Origin: Myxococcota bacterium | Lineage (GTDB): Bacteria > Myxococcota_A > SURF-8 | Assembly (NCBI GenBank): GCA_965140415.1 | Contig: OZ223209.1 | Span: forward strand, 5,664,001-5,728,000 | DNA length: 64,000 nt | Direction: 5' to 3' | In this document: positions 40,753-50,941 of the stretch, one piece after another | Layout of the letters: the number at the start of each line of letters is the position of its first letter | Numbering within the stretch: position 1 is the first letter of the stretch | Translations under genes and position numbers: made by a program | The notes under the pieces: generated by a model | Seen by the model: only the letters and a program-made list of their open reading frames with translations | Told to the model about the DNA's origin: nothing | Database searches by the model: none

Positions 40753-41340
40753 TTATCCTTTTCGTTTCAGATCTTTCAGGACGAGTTTGGCGGCTGTCTT
40801 GAGGGTTTCCAGCACGCCATCGCCGCGCGTGGCGACCGCTCCAAATTCCGGTCGCCTGCCGGGATTAAGCAAGGCGGAAAGTTCTTTGACATCCACCGCG
40901 CTGGGTAGATCGCGCTTGTTGTATTGCATCACCCAGGGAATCGCATTGATATCGAGATCGTGCTCCTCCAAGTTGATTTTCATGTTGTCCAGGCTCTCCA
41001 GATTGGCGTCCATGCGCTCGATCTGCGAGTCGGCAACGAACACCACGCCATCCGCGCCTTTTAAAATCAGCTTGCGGGAAGCATCGTAGAAAACCTGGCC
41101 GGGAACGGTATACAGATGGAAGCGGGTTTTAAAGCCACGAATTTCGCCAAGTTGCAGCGGCATAAAATCGAAAAAGAGGGTACGCTCCGTTTCGGTGGCA
41201 AGTGAAATCAGGCGACCGCGCGTGGTGGGGTCCGCCTTTTGATGAATGAACTGGATGTTCGTCGTTTTCCCGCCCAGACCGGGACCGTAGTACACCAGTT
41301 TGATGTTGATTTCCCGCGAAGAGTAATTGATGAACGCCAT
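40753..41340 (-). CDS. mglA: Gliding-motility Ras-like small GTPase MglA
   Basis: MAFINYSSREINIKLVYYGPGLGGKTTN, TETERTLFFDF, TVPGQVFYDASRKLILKGADGVVFVADSQ, NKRD. Confidence 0.97.
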   Translation of the reverse strand: MAFINYSSREINIKLVYYGPGLGGKTTNIQFIHQKADPTTRGRLISLATETERTLFFDFMPLQLGEIRGFKTRFHLYTVPGQVFYDASRKLILKGADGVVFVADSQIERMDANLESLDNMKINLEEHDLDINAIPWVMQYNKRDLPSAVDVKELSALLNPGRRPEFGAVATRGDGVLETLKTAAKLVLKDLKRKG

Positions 41341-41355
41341 CAGGCGGCCCCCGGA

Positions 41356-41838
41356 CTAATCGTTGAACAAATTATCGATGTCTTCGTCTGTGATTTCCGC
41401 GAACAAGGGGTTGGCAGCTCCAGATTCGCTTTTCTTGATCATTTCCGTAAAGACTGTTTCCAGCTGATGCCCAGCCTTCTTTACCCGCAATCGAACCAAG
41501 CCCAAAGAAGATCGAATGTCGAACACCACCACCAGGATGTAACGGTTGGCGATGATCGACAGATGCAGGTTGTCCTTTTCGCCTTCGTGGAACAGAATCG
41601 AAAATTCCTGTTCCCCGATCAGCTTGGCCAGTCCTCCGGTCGCCGCAATATTACCGGCGGCCAGCGTGGCCAGCGAAGTCGTATCCATGGTGCCGGTATC
41701 GCCGGAAGAGGCGATTAACTGACCGTTTTTATCCACGAGAAAAACGAGTTTGGCGTTGGTCTGCTCGGATAGATGATTGCAGATCTCCAGTACCCGGTTG
41801 TAGTCTTCTTCGTGGATCACCGTTTGGGCGTTTAACAT
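41356..41838 (-). CDS. mglB: Roadblock/LC7 GTPase-activating protein MglB
   Basis: AKLVFLVDKNGQLIA, SLATLAAGNIAATGGLAKLIGEQEF, SLGLVRLRVKKA, FAEITDEDIDNLF. Confidence 0.97.
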   Translation of the reverse strand: MLNAQTVIHEEDYNRVLEICNHLSEQTNAKLVFLVDKNGQLIASSGDTGTMDTTSLATLAAGNIAATGGLAKLIGEQEFSILFHEGEKDNLHLSIIANRYILVVVFDIRSSLGLVRLRVKKAGHQLETVFTEMIKKSESGAANPLFAEITDEDIDNLFND

Positions 41839-41972
41839 GATGATTTCGTCCCGTTCTATTACCCGATCAGTCCGCTTTGCCGAAGGCGGACCTCACACTT
41901 GCAAGAGCGCTTACTGTAGCAAAGTTATCGTAAAAACGCAAGAATATCGCACGGGTCGCCAGATTCCAGCGT

Positions 41973-43790
41973 TTATCGCAAGGAAGTCGGCTGCTGCCAT
42001 ATTCCGTTTTCCCGCACCATCAACCATTGTTTACTGCTGCCTTCGCTATGCAGGGTCGTCTTGATTTGCGGGAACAGGTAGTTATCCATATCCAGCGGAT
42101 CGTAGAATTCCAGCATGATGTCGTTGTTCGTCAAGCGCCGGGCGCAGAATGGCGTTATCATCCAATCGTTATAGGCGGCACAGTCATTGGTATAAGCCAC
42201 TTCGATTTTATAGGCGCCATTAACTGCGTTGTTGATTGCCAGTTCTTCAATACCTTCGCACGTACTACTGCCATTGCAGAAGGCGGTAAAAATAACCGAA
42301 CCTTCCTCCAAACCTAAGGTACAGATTCCGCTTGAATTAATGGAGTTGTTAGTGCATTTGAAGCCGGAAGGCGAAATCACTCCCAGATCCATATCGATGA
42401 TGCTTCTTCCGGTGGGAGAATCCTCTGCGGTTTCGAAAGTCAAGCGGATAATCAAACCCTGGTTCCCCATCCTCTGAACAGTGACCGGAATTCGGAACGG
42501 AGCAGAGATGTTGTCGTCGTTATCGGTTACCTGAAACTCGACCACATAATCCCCAGATTTGTCGAATCTCACACAGGAGCTATACTGATCGGCGTCAAGA
42601 TATCGGAAATAGGCGCTGCTACCTTCCGGCATCACCGGCATAGACCAGATGCCGGGAGGTTGAAGTTCGCCGTCTGGATCATTGCTGCAATCGCCGTAGA
42701 AACATAGGGTTGTCCCCTCATCGATGCCGGTTATCGGAGCAACGATCACCGGTCCATGCGACTGCAACGCCACACAAGCCTGGGGCAGACCATCGCCCGG
42801 AGAGGCATAAGCTTGGATGGGAACGGTAAGCTGCGAGGCGTTTTCGTCTTCGCCGGAAACAATTTGCAGGTTACACAGATGCTCGCCCGACCTGGTTGGT
42901 AGATAGGCAATTTGAATGCGGCCCGGTGTTTCCTCTTCCGGGCGGAGTTTACAGACGTTGTAGTCTTCGCCTGAAAGCGGACAACAGAACATGCGATAGG
43001 GACATTGCGAATCGGAAGTGCAAACCTTATTGGAGACACCCCAGGTGTCGATGATGCGGAACTGGTGACATTCGGAGGTGCTGCCGTTAAGGAACATGCT
43101 CGTCACCGCCAACGGTTCGTTGGTGAGGTTGAACAGATCCACGTTCTGTACCGTGTGGCAATATCCATCGTCCAGGCAACGCTGATTCGTAGCGCAATCG
43201 GAATTGCTCTGACAGGGATCGTAGGCTACTACAACATCTTCAAAAACAATCGGGTCCGGTTCGGCGCGCAGGTTCTGGATAGACAGCTCATCTGCATCAT
43301 GTTCCAGATCGCCGTCTATCGGCAAGTCGCCGTCAATTTCCAGGTCTCCATCGATTGGCAGGTCTTCATCTGCGGGCAAGTCGCCATCAACAGGAACGTC
43401 ACCATCAATTTCCAAGTCCCCGTCTATTGGAGTGTCGCCGTCTATGGGGAAATCCCCATCGGTAGGAGTATCACCATCGATGGGCAGGTCACCATCAATG
43501 GGAGCATCGCCATCAATGGGCGCGTCGCCGTCGACGGGTTGGTCACTTGAATCGCCATCCACCACATCGCCGTCCGGCAGTTCTCCGTCCTCGGAATCCT
43601 GATCGCCGGGAGTCTGTGCTTGCTCGCAGACATCCGACACGCATACCAGATCCCCAATACAATTACCTGACAAATCGCAGGGGCAGCCTAACGTGCCTTC
43701 CAGGCAATCGCTGGGAGACTGCAAGGTGCTGGTGCAGCCAGAAGCAACCAGGAAAATCAGCAGCAATAGCAAGGCTCTTGGATACAGCAT
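41973..43790 (-). CDS. Lipoprotein with (xPIDGD)n repeat, Cys-rich and Ig/PKD-like domains
   Basis: VASGC lipobox, CLEGTLGCPC motif, about 14 DGD units, SNDPDG...GDYVVEFQVTDND PKD-like motif. Confidence 0.8.
   Translation of the reverse strand: MLYPRALLLLLIFLVASGCTSTLQSPSDCLEGTLGCPCDLSGNCIGDLVCVSDVCEQAQTPGDQDSEDGELPDGDVVDGDSSDQPVDGDAPIDGDAPIDGDLPIDGDTPTDGDFPIDGDTPIDGDLEIDGDVPVDGDLPADEDLPIDGDLEIDGDLPIDGDLEHDADELSIQNLRAEPDPIVFEDVVVAYDPCQSNSDCATNQRCLDDGYCHTVQNVDLFNLTNEPLAVTSMFLNGSTSECHQFRIIDTWGVSNKVCTSDSQCPYRMFCCPLSGEDYNVCKLRPEEETPGRIQIAYLPTRSGEHLCNLQIVSGEDENASQLTVPIQAYASPGDGLPQACVALQSHGPVIVAPITGIDEGTTLCFYGDCSNDPDGELQPPGIWSMPVMPEGSSAYFRYLDADQYSSCVRFDKSGDYVVEFQVTDNDDNISAPFRIPVTVQRMGNQGLIIRLTFETAEDSPTGRSIIDMDLGVISPSGFKCTNNSINSSGICTLGLEEGSVIFTAFCNGSSTCEGIEELAINNAVNGAYKIEVAYTNDCAAYNDWMITPFCARRLTNNDIMLEFYDPLDMDNYLFPQIKTTLHSEGSSKQWLMVRENGIWQQPTSLR
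43307..43582 (-). repeat. 18-bp coding tandem repeat (x-P/E-I-D-G-D)n
   Basis: Recurring TCGCCATCAAT / TCGCCGTC on the plus strand at 18-nt spacing. Confidence 0.85.
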
Positions 43791-44029
43791 AATAACGTCC
43801 TTCAACATATTGGGTTTCACTCGCTTTACGAACGCATGTAGCGAAAAGAAAAAAACGATGCAATTGACCTAGAAGCACCAGCATTTCAAAATGTACCATA
43901 GCAAATCGGTTTGACCAAATCGAATTTCATGTGAATACCGGAAAGCAAGAAACTTTAAAGATTCACACCTTATCGCTCAAACTGCCTCTCTGTGCTTCGA
44001 TGCTGAAAATGCAAGATTTTAAGCTACAC

Positions 44030-44066
44030 AAAAAAACCGGCTTCGCACAATGTACGAAACCGGTTT
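44030..44066 (-). terminator. Intrinsic terminator after the cyclophilin gene
   Basis: AAACCGG(C)TTCG-loop-CGAAACCGGTTT with a T-run on the minus strand. Confidence 0.7.
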
Positions 44067-44099
44067 CACTAAAACGAACGAGTCTAAATGAAGACGGTA

Positions 44100-44609
<510 letters not shown>

Positions 44610-44689
44610 GTCGTTCTCCACCTTGCTTGCAGGTTTGGGTTATGGCCCCACTTCCAATCAGGACCGTACAGGTTTTCCAATACGCCGGA

Positions 44690-44968
44690 TCAGGATTCCA
44701 TTTGCGGCGGTTGCACGAATCTGGCCGGTTCGCCGAAAGGTTGAACGCGCCCTTCTTCGTTTAACGTGGCGTGCAACCCGATGACTTCTCCCGCTCCCGC
44801 CGTTAACAGTTTTTGCACCGTTTCTTCGAATCCCGGCAATTCTTCCGCCGAAGCGGTAAAGACGGTGCGTTCCGGGTCCAGACCTAGATCGGTTACGGCT
44901 TGGGCTTTGTCGAATGTATCGGGAAGGTGTTCCGTTCCACACAGATACACCACCATGATGGGTTGCAT
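44690..44968 (-). CDS. Small hypothetical protein
   Basis: 92-aa ORF from MQPIMVVY with AAGGA SD; same orientation as its neighbours. Confidence 0.55.
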   Translation of the reverse strand: MQPIMVVYLCGTEHLPDTFDKAQAVTDLGLDPERTVFTASAEELPGFEETVQKLLTAGAGEVIGLHATLNEEGRVQPFGEPARFVQPPQMES

Positions 44969-45099
44969 AGTCCAATTCCTTCCGCTGAATCCCGGATTCC
45001 GATGCAATCGCCGAATGTTGTTTCTATCCGACGCATGGCAGCGTTATACAAGATTTTTACCGGTAGAACAAGAGGATTGAGCGGTTCAATATCGCTTTC

Positions 45100-45513
45100 T
45101 TATTTGTTACTGACCAAGCCCAGATTCTGGAGAGAAATACGCAAGGTAGCTGGAATAACAGGTTTTTGCAGGTAACCTTCACAGCCTTCCTCGAAGGAAG
45201 ACAACATATCGTCACTGTCCTGGGTGGCTGAAACCATTAGAATTTTAACACGATCGGCCCCGGTTTTATTATTCTTCATTTCCCAATGACGCATCATTTT
45301 GACAACTTCCATGCCACGCATACCAGGCATGTTGATATCCATGGAGATCAACCCGTAGGGAACCTCCTCTTCATGCGCTTTTAAAAACATGCGCACCGCC
45401 AGATCTCCATCGGGAACGGCATCGACATCACCATAAGCCGACAGCATCGCCTTCAACTTCGTTCGGCTGACGTAATCGTCATCTACCACCAGGATTCTCA
45501 TCTCAGCCCTCAC
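45100..45513 (-). CDS. Single-domain response regulator (CheY-like)
   Basis: ILVVDDD, MDINMPGMRG, MVSAT, YLQKP. Confidence 0.92.
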   Translation of the reverse strand: MRAEMRILVVDDDYVSRTKLKAMLSAYGDVDAVPDGDLAVRMFLKAHEEEVPYGLISMDINMPGMRGMEVVKMMRHWEMKNNKTGADRVKILMVSATQDSDDMLSSFEEGCEGYLQKPVIPATLRISLQNLGLVSNK

Positions 45514-45528
45514 GACCGCTTCAATAGG

Positions 45529-48500
45529 TTACGAATTCTCCTCGTCCTTGCGGGCCGCCAATGCGTCGGCAAGGCGCTTCAACTCAACAACAAGTTCATC
45601 TACGGCATCGGATGCGTTTTCAAGATTCCCCGACTTCCCGATCTTTTCCAACCGAAAAGCCACATCCGCCATCGGCTGGGCAGTCAAACTGGCTGCACCG
45701 CCCTTAAGCTTGTGTGCCTCCTGGCGAATCGTCTCCGAATCTTTTTCTTCCAATGCGGTGCGCATCCGCTCGATCTGCTTTGTTGCACTTGCAACGAACT
45801 GATCGAAAACCGACGCCACCAGTTGACGATTCCCTCCAAATTCCTCCACCGCTTGATCATAGTTCATCGGCTCGTTCGGATCAAGGCTTTCCTCCATCCT
45901 TGCATCATCTTCCGACTCGGCAGTATCAACCTGCTGCGCAAGCTGCAAAGGCGAATCCGGAAGGGAGCTCAGGTGTTCCACCAATTCTCGATGTCGCCAG
46001 GCAAGGACTTCAACCGCCTCTAACAACTCATCGAGTTGTTCTCCCTTGGCCAAGACTTCAAGGTTGCGTGCCGCCACAGACAAGGGCTTGGCACGCAGAT
46101 TTGCCGCTCCGCCTTTCAATTTGTGCGCTTCCGCAAGGATGACATCCAGTTGCGCCTCATTGGCGGCTTTGCGCAGTTGATCGATCTGGGTATCTACATT
46201 GGCGATGAACTGCCGGATGCAGTCGTTGACCAAAGCCTGGTTGCCACCGAATTCTTCGATTGCCAGTTGATACTCGATCGGCTTTGTGGGCTCACTGGCT
46301 TCGGCCAAGGCAGGAGTAGTGTTCTCGGATTTCTCAGGAACGTTGGTATCTTCCTGCTGTGGCTGAGATTTGATTTCACCGCTTGTGCAAATCCATTTGT
46401 CCAGCGCAGCCAAAAAACTGGCCTGGCGAATAGGCTTAGTGATGACATCGTTCATACCTGCTTGCAGGCAGGTTTCACGGGTACTGGCCTCCGCGCTGGC
46501 TGTCATGGCCAGAATTGGAACTTTAGAGCAACGAGAACCCTCCTTGCGAATGTTGCGGGTTGCAGTTTCGCCATCCATCACCGGCATTTGAAGATCCATC
46601 AGAACCAGGTCGAAGTCCTGCGTCCGGCAGGCGTCAACCGCCTGCTGTCCGTTTTCCACGATGACCAGAAAATACCCGGCACCTTCGATATGTAACTTGG
46701 CGATCTGCTGATTGGTTACATAATCCTCTGCCAACAGGATGCGACCCGAACATTTCTTCGGTTTGAGCGGATCGTCCAGATCGAGATCTTCCAAATCATC
46801 AAAGGTTTCCAGGTTGGCCTTGGGTGCCTGTGATTTGAAAAACGGTAAGGAGAACCAAAAGGTACTTCCTTTTCCTGCTTCACTTTCCACACCGATTTCC
46901 CCGCCCATCAATTCGACCAACTGACGGGCGATTGTGGTGCCCAACCCGGTCCCACCGTATTTGCGTGTCGTACTGGCATCGGCCTGCGTGAAGCTTTGAA
47001 AAATCTGCTGCTGCTTTTCAACAGGAATGCCGATACCGGTGTCGGTTACACGGAAGATCAGCTTGGCAAAATCCGTTTGCTGTTCCGCAACCTGCACATT
47101 GATCGATACCGACCCCTTGTCGGTAAATTTGATCGCATTGGAAATCAAATTCAACAGGATCTGTCGCAAGCGCAGAAAATCTCCAAGACCGTAACGCGGA
47201 GTGCCCTTCTCCATGGAAACATTGAATTCCAGATTCTTGCTGTGCGCTTGCAGGGTGGCATTGGCCATGATGTTTTCAAGCAATTCGAACAGATCCAGCG
47301 GGCGGTTATCCAACTCCATCTTTCCTGCTTCGATTTTGGCGTGATCCAACAGGTCGTTGACCAACATCAGCAGTGCGTCAGATTCTTTGAGAATGGTCGT
47401 AGCCTGCTGATGAATCTGCGGCAGGGAGGTAGATTCCTGGATGACTTCGGCAAAACCGATGATGCCATTTAAGGGCGTACGGATTTCGTGAGACACATTA
47501 AAGACAAAACGTGACTTGAGCCGGTTGGCGCTTTCCGCAAGTTCTTTGGCTTCGAGCAGAATCTGTTGCGATTCCTTAAGTTGGCTGATATCACGCACGA
47601 CATGCACGAGACCGAACAAATCGTCACGCTCATCGATGAGTCTATTAGAGGAAACCAATGCCGGGAAAACGGAGCCATCTTTGCGCATCAGTTCGATTTC
47701 TCCCTGATGCGCTCCCTCACGTAAAACCCTTTCGATAAACACAGAACCATCGACGGTCAATATCGTGGCAATCGGTCGCCCCAACAATTCCTTCTTTTGA
47801 TAGCCGTGCATCTGTGCCCAGGCACGATTGGCATAGAGCAGGTTTCCGTCGAGTTCGGTGATGGCGATACCATCGATGGATTGTTCTACGGCCTGTTCCA
47901 GACGCAACAAATTCTTTTCCGTTTGTTTGCGTTTGGTAATGTCGAAAATCGCACCCTGCACGGCTCCGGGTTGACCGTTGGCGTCGGGAATGTTTTCAAT
48001 GGTTTCCTGTACCCAGCGAACCTCTCCCCAGGGAGTGAGAATACGATATTCGATTTCATCCGCATTGCCGGCCTTTTCCGAAACGCGCTGCAAACGTTTA
48101 ATATAGCCAGCCTGATCTTCGGGATGGACGATATCCCGCCAGGTCGGATTACGAGACATGAATTCAGCGTGGGAGCGCCCGGTAATCTCCTTAATTTTTC
48201 CATGAAGGAAAATGGGAATCAGATCCTGGCGACAGCGATAGGCGATACCCTGGAAATTTTCCGCGAAAAGACGATAGCGAGCCTCGCTATCCCGCAGGCG
48301 CGCCTCGGTCAAACGGCGTTCACCGATTTCCCCTTGAAGCATTTTATTGGCAACTTGCAATTCCGCCGTGCGTTCTTTGACTTCCTCTTCCAAATGATCG
48401 CGATATTGACGTAATTGCTCTTCGACCCGCTCTCGCTCTACGATTTCAGCTTGAAGTTTCGTATTGAGCGTTTCCTGTTCTTTGGTGCGCTCCTTAACCA

Positions 48501-48654
48501 GTTTGTCCAGGTTGGCGTAAATGTCGAAGTAATTACGAATGGAGGTGTCGTACTCTTCGCGCGTTAGACGCAGCTCGTTTTGCAGATGTCTGACATCCGT
48601 TTCCAGTTGCTGAATCTTAATTTGAAGCTTGTCTTGCCCCAAGTCTTTGCTCAT
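45529..48654 (-). CDS. Cytoplasmic hybrid histidine kinase (coiled coil, 2 PAS, HisKA, HATPase, REC, 2 Hpt)
   Basis: SHEIRTPLNG, LRQILLNLISNAIKFT, DTGIGI, FTQADASTTRKYGGTGLG, MDLQMPVMDG, two AHKLKGGAA Hpt motifs. Confidence 0.95.
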   Translation of the reverse strand: MSKDLGQDKLQIKIQQLETDVRHLQNELRLTREEYDTSIRNYFDIYANLDKLVKERTKEQETLNTKLQAEIVERERVEEQLRQYRDHLEEEVKERTAELQVANKMLQGEIGERRLTEARLRDSEARYRLFAENFQGIAYRCRQDLIPIFLHGKIKEITGRSHAEFMSRNPTWRDIVHPEDQAGYIKRLQRVSEKAGNADEIEYRILTPWGEVRWVQETIENIPDANGQPGAVQGAIFDITKRKQTEKNLLRLEQAVEQSIDGIAITELDGNLLYANRAWAQMHGYQKKELLGRPIATILTVDGSVFIERVLREGAHQGEIELMRKDGSVFPALVSSNRLIDERDDLFGLVHVVRDISQLKESQQILLEAKELAESANRLKSRFVFNVSHEIRTPLNGIIGFAEVIQESTSLPQIHQQATTILKESDALLMLVNDLLDHAKIEAGKMELDNRPLDLFELLENIMANATLQAHSKNLEFNVSMEKGTPRYGLGDFLRLRQILLNLISNAIKFTDKGSVSINVQVAEQQTDFAKLIFRVTDTGIGIPVEKQQQIFQSFTQADASTTRKYGGTGLGTTIARQLVELMGGEIGVESEAGKGSTFWFSLPFFKSQAPKANLETFDDLEDLDLDDPLKPKKCSGRILLAEDYVTNQQIAKLHIEGAGYFLVIVENGQQAVDACRTQDFDLVLMDLQMPVMDGETATRNIRKEGSRCSKVPILAMTASAEASTRETCLQAGMNDVITKPIRQASFLAALDKWICTSGEIKSQPQQEDTNVPEKSENTTPALAEASEPTKPIEYQLAIEEFGGNQALVNDCIRQFIANVDTQIDQLRKAANEAQLDVILAEAHKLKGGAANLRAKPLSVAARNLEVLAKGEQLDELLEAVEVLAWRHRELVEHLSSLPDSPLQLAQQVDTAESEDDARMEESLDPNEPMNYDQAVEEFGGNRQLVASVFDQFVASATKQIERMRTALEEKDSETIRQEAHKLKGGAASLTAQPMADVAFRLEKIGKSGNLENASDAVDELVVELKRLADALAARKDEENS

Positions 48655-49535
48655 GACTGGAAGAATCCTTTATCTTCCTGTTTTTGCAATTCTCCGCGCA
48701 TCTCCTTGGCCAGTGACTCCAGCGCGTACGGCAGCAACTTCAACTCATCTGCAAATGATTCGAACAGAATGTCTTCCGGCTGTTTGGATTTATCATAACG
48801 AATGTTCAGGGAATAGGTCAAATAATCTGCAATATAGATCGTTTTAGCTAACCTTGAGAAAGCTTCGGGGACTCCTCTAGGATCATGATGCGATCCGATG
48901 GACACAACCAGATCCTGCGGCAACTCCCAACTATCGACTAGGCGTCCCCCCACCTCGGAGTGGGAAAAGCCGAAGTGCTCTTTTTCCGCCTTGTCCAGAC
49001 TTTTGTTGTTTTTATTGGCATCTTGCAAGACATGAATGAAATCCGCACCGAGAAACTGATCCTCCGCAATGATACCAAGGTCATGCAACAAACCGGCAGT
49101 ATAGGCGTTTTCTCCTCGTTCGCCGAATTCACGTCGATAAATCATCTTCGTCAATAGAGCCACAGCCAACGAATGCCGCCACAATTTGGGACGGGAGAAG
49201 CTCTCTTTGACTTCCTCGGCTTGAAACACCTCGCAGACCTTCTGACTCAGCACGATTTCTTTCAAAACGTCATAGCCGACCCAGATGACCGCCTGATCCA
49301 GTTCGTTGATGTGCCGTGGAGAAGCGTAGTAGGCAGAGTTGGCAATGCGTAGCACCTTCCCAGACAATGGCGGATCGATTTGCAACAATTCCTTCAGATC
49401 CTTGACGTTGGAACGTGGATTGTTGATCAGAGAGACGATGCCGCTGACCGTACTTTTAATCGAACTGATCTCCGATTCGTTAACCTGTTCGATTAGTTTA
49501 TCCAGGGGAGTTGTCGCTTCAGCCGTTGGTTCCAT
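48651..49535 (-). CDS. HDOD domain protein
   Basis: DPPLSGKVLRIANSAYY, LWRHSLAVA, AGLLHDLG, GFSHSEVG...WELP...HH. Confidence 0.92.
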   Translation of the reverse strand: MEPTAEATTPLDKLIEQVNESEISSIKSTVSGIVSLINNPRSNVKDLKELLQIDPPLSGKVLRIANSAYYASPRHINELDQAVIWVGYDVLKEIVLSQKVCEVFQAEEVKESFSRPKLWRHSLAVALLTKMIYRREFGERGENAYTAGLLHDLGIIAEDQFLGADFIHVLQDANKNNKSLDKAEKEHFGFSHSEVGGRLVDSWELPQDLVVSIGSHHDPRGVPEAFSRLAKTIYIADYLTYSLNIRYDKSKQPEDILFESFADELKLLPYALESLAKEMRGELQKQEDKGFFQS

Positions 49536-49590
49536 TGTTCACCTCTGTTGGTTTGAGCAGTGGAGAAGCGAAATACGAATGAAAAGTCGC

Positions 49591-50049
49591 CTAGGGTTGT
49601 AGGCCAATGATCATCTGGAACTCACCGATATTCTCTGCATCGAAAGAGACAGCGAGGTAGGGGACTCCCTTTGGGAAATGAACGATGCTGTCCGTTCCGG
49701 AAACGACCGATGGCAGTGAAATGGATAACGACAGATCCGGAATATCCGCCTTGGCGGCTCCCGCAATAATATTGATGATTTCCCCCATAGCATCTAAAGT
49801 ATCAGCGTCGATTTCCTCTACGCTTTCTCCCGTAAACTCTTCAATCATCCGTTTGGCCACAGCCGCACTGCAACTGATGGCGGAAAGTCCGTGAGCATCA
49901 CCCGACAGACCGATTAGAGCACAGATATCCGATTTCGAAAACGCGGGAGCATCCATGCTGACGTTACGCTGCACGGGTGTCACATCCATCATCATTTCGA
50001 AACAGCTATTAGTCGCCTTGACAAAAGGAGGAATGACTTGCTTATACAT
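49591..50049 (-). CDS. cheX: CheX-family phosphatase
   Basis: PFVKAT, DICALIGLSGD, DAMGEIINIIAGAAK (ExxN), SLPSVVSG. Confidence 0.9.
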   Translation of the reverse strand: MYKQVIPPFVKATNSCFEMMMDVTPVQRNVSMDAPAFSKSDICALIGLSGDAHGLSAISCSAAVAKRMIEEFTGESVEEIDADTLDAMGEIINIIAGAAKADIPDLSLSISLPSVVSGTDSIVHFPKGVPYLAVSFDAENIGEFQMIIGLQP

Positions 50050-50065
50050 CTATAAAACCCCCATA

Positions 50066-50662
50066 TTACTGCAATGATTTATTGTTGGGTTGAAGTAAAT
50101 TGGGAAGCAGGTTTTGCACTTTTTCAAGTACCTGTTCGGGGGTGAACGGTTTGGCAAGGCAGTCATCCGCTCCCAATTCGATCATTCGTGTCAATGCGTC
50201 CGGGTATCCGGAAATCGCCAGAATTTTGATTTGTCTTGTGTTTTCATTGCGGCGCAGTTCATCGAGCAGTTGGCGACCATCCATACCCGGTAACTCTGCG
50301 TCCAACAGCACCAATTTGGGTTCATCCGCCCAGATCTTTCCATAGGCGGTGTAACTGTTGTTTGTTCGATCGATACACACATGTTGATAACAACTGAAAA
50401 TCCTGCACAAAATGGAAACCACGGAAGGATCATCGTCAACAATAAGAATCTTGATGCAATCCTTAGCTGACGCCTGAGTCACGCCATCCTTGTCACAATC
50501 TGCCAGAAAAAGCTGTAAATCCTCGTCGTTGATCGTCCATTGTTTTCCCATGCGGTCGCTGGTCGCCGCCAATCGTCCATCGATGCAATATTGCCTGATA
50601 GTTGGAACCGTGACATTTAAGATCCTTGCAACTTCTTCCACCGTATAATTCGGTTTTGTCAT
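50066..50662 (-). CDS. Excisionase/MerR-like HTH fused to a receiver domain
   Basis: YTVEEVARILNVTVPTIRQYCIDGRL; ILIVDDD, LLDAELPGMDG, LAKPF. Confidence 0.88.
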   Translation of the reverse strand: MTKPNYTVEEVARILNVTVPTIRQYCIDGRLAATSDRMGKQWTINDEDLQLFLADCDKDGVTQASAKDCIKILIVDDDPSVVSILCRIFSCYQHVCIDRTNNSYTAYGKIWADEPKLVLLDAELPGMDGRQLLDELRRNENTRQIKILAISGYPDALTRMIELGADDCLAKPFTPEQVLEKVQNLLPNLLQPNNKSLQ

Positions 50663-50941
50663 TCGCGTATGACCTTCCGTAGCTGAAGACCAACATGCAA
50701 CTGTTCAACTCAATCACCCGCCGGAATCGGACGGGCTTAGCGCAGCACCTGACATCAGTGTATTGCCAATTTGCCGATATGGCAACAAAAAAAGAGAGCT
50801 CTCCCCTATTTTTTATAAAATTACATTAATGATACTATACGTTTATCTGATTTCTTATTTCACGAATCCCGGCATAATCACTTGAAATCAAGAGGCTTTT
50901 TTAACCGAGATCGATTGGAATGTCCAAATGGGCGTCTGCTG

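Noticed and set aside
50066-50662. Excisionase suggesting a prophage or ICE
   Set aside because: The HTH is fused to a receiver domain in a signalling operon; no integrase, att site or phage genes seen
50715-50760. Possible c-di-GMP-I riboswitch (GCGCTAAGCCCG resembles ACGCAAAGCC)
   Set aside because: The P1/P2 architecture with GNRA loop and receptor could not be reconstructed
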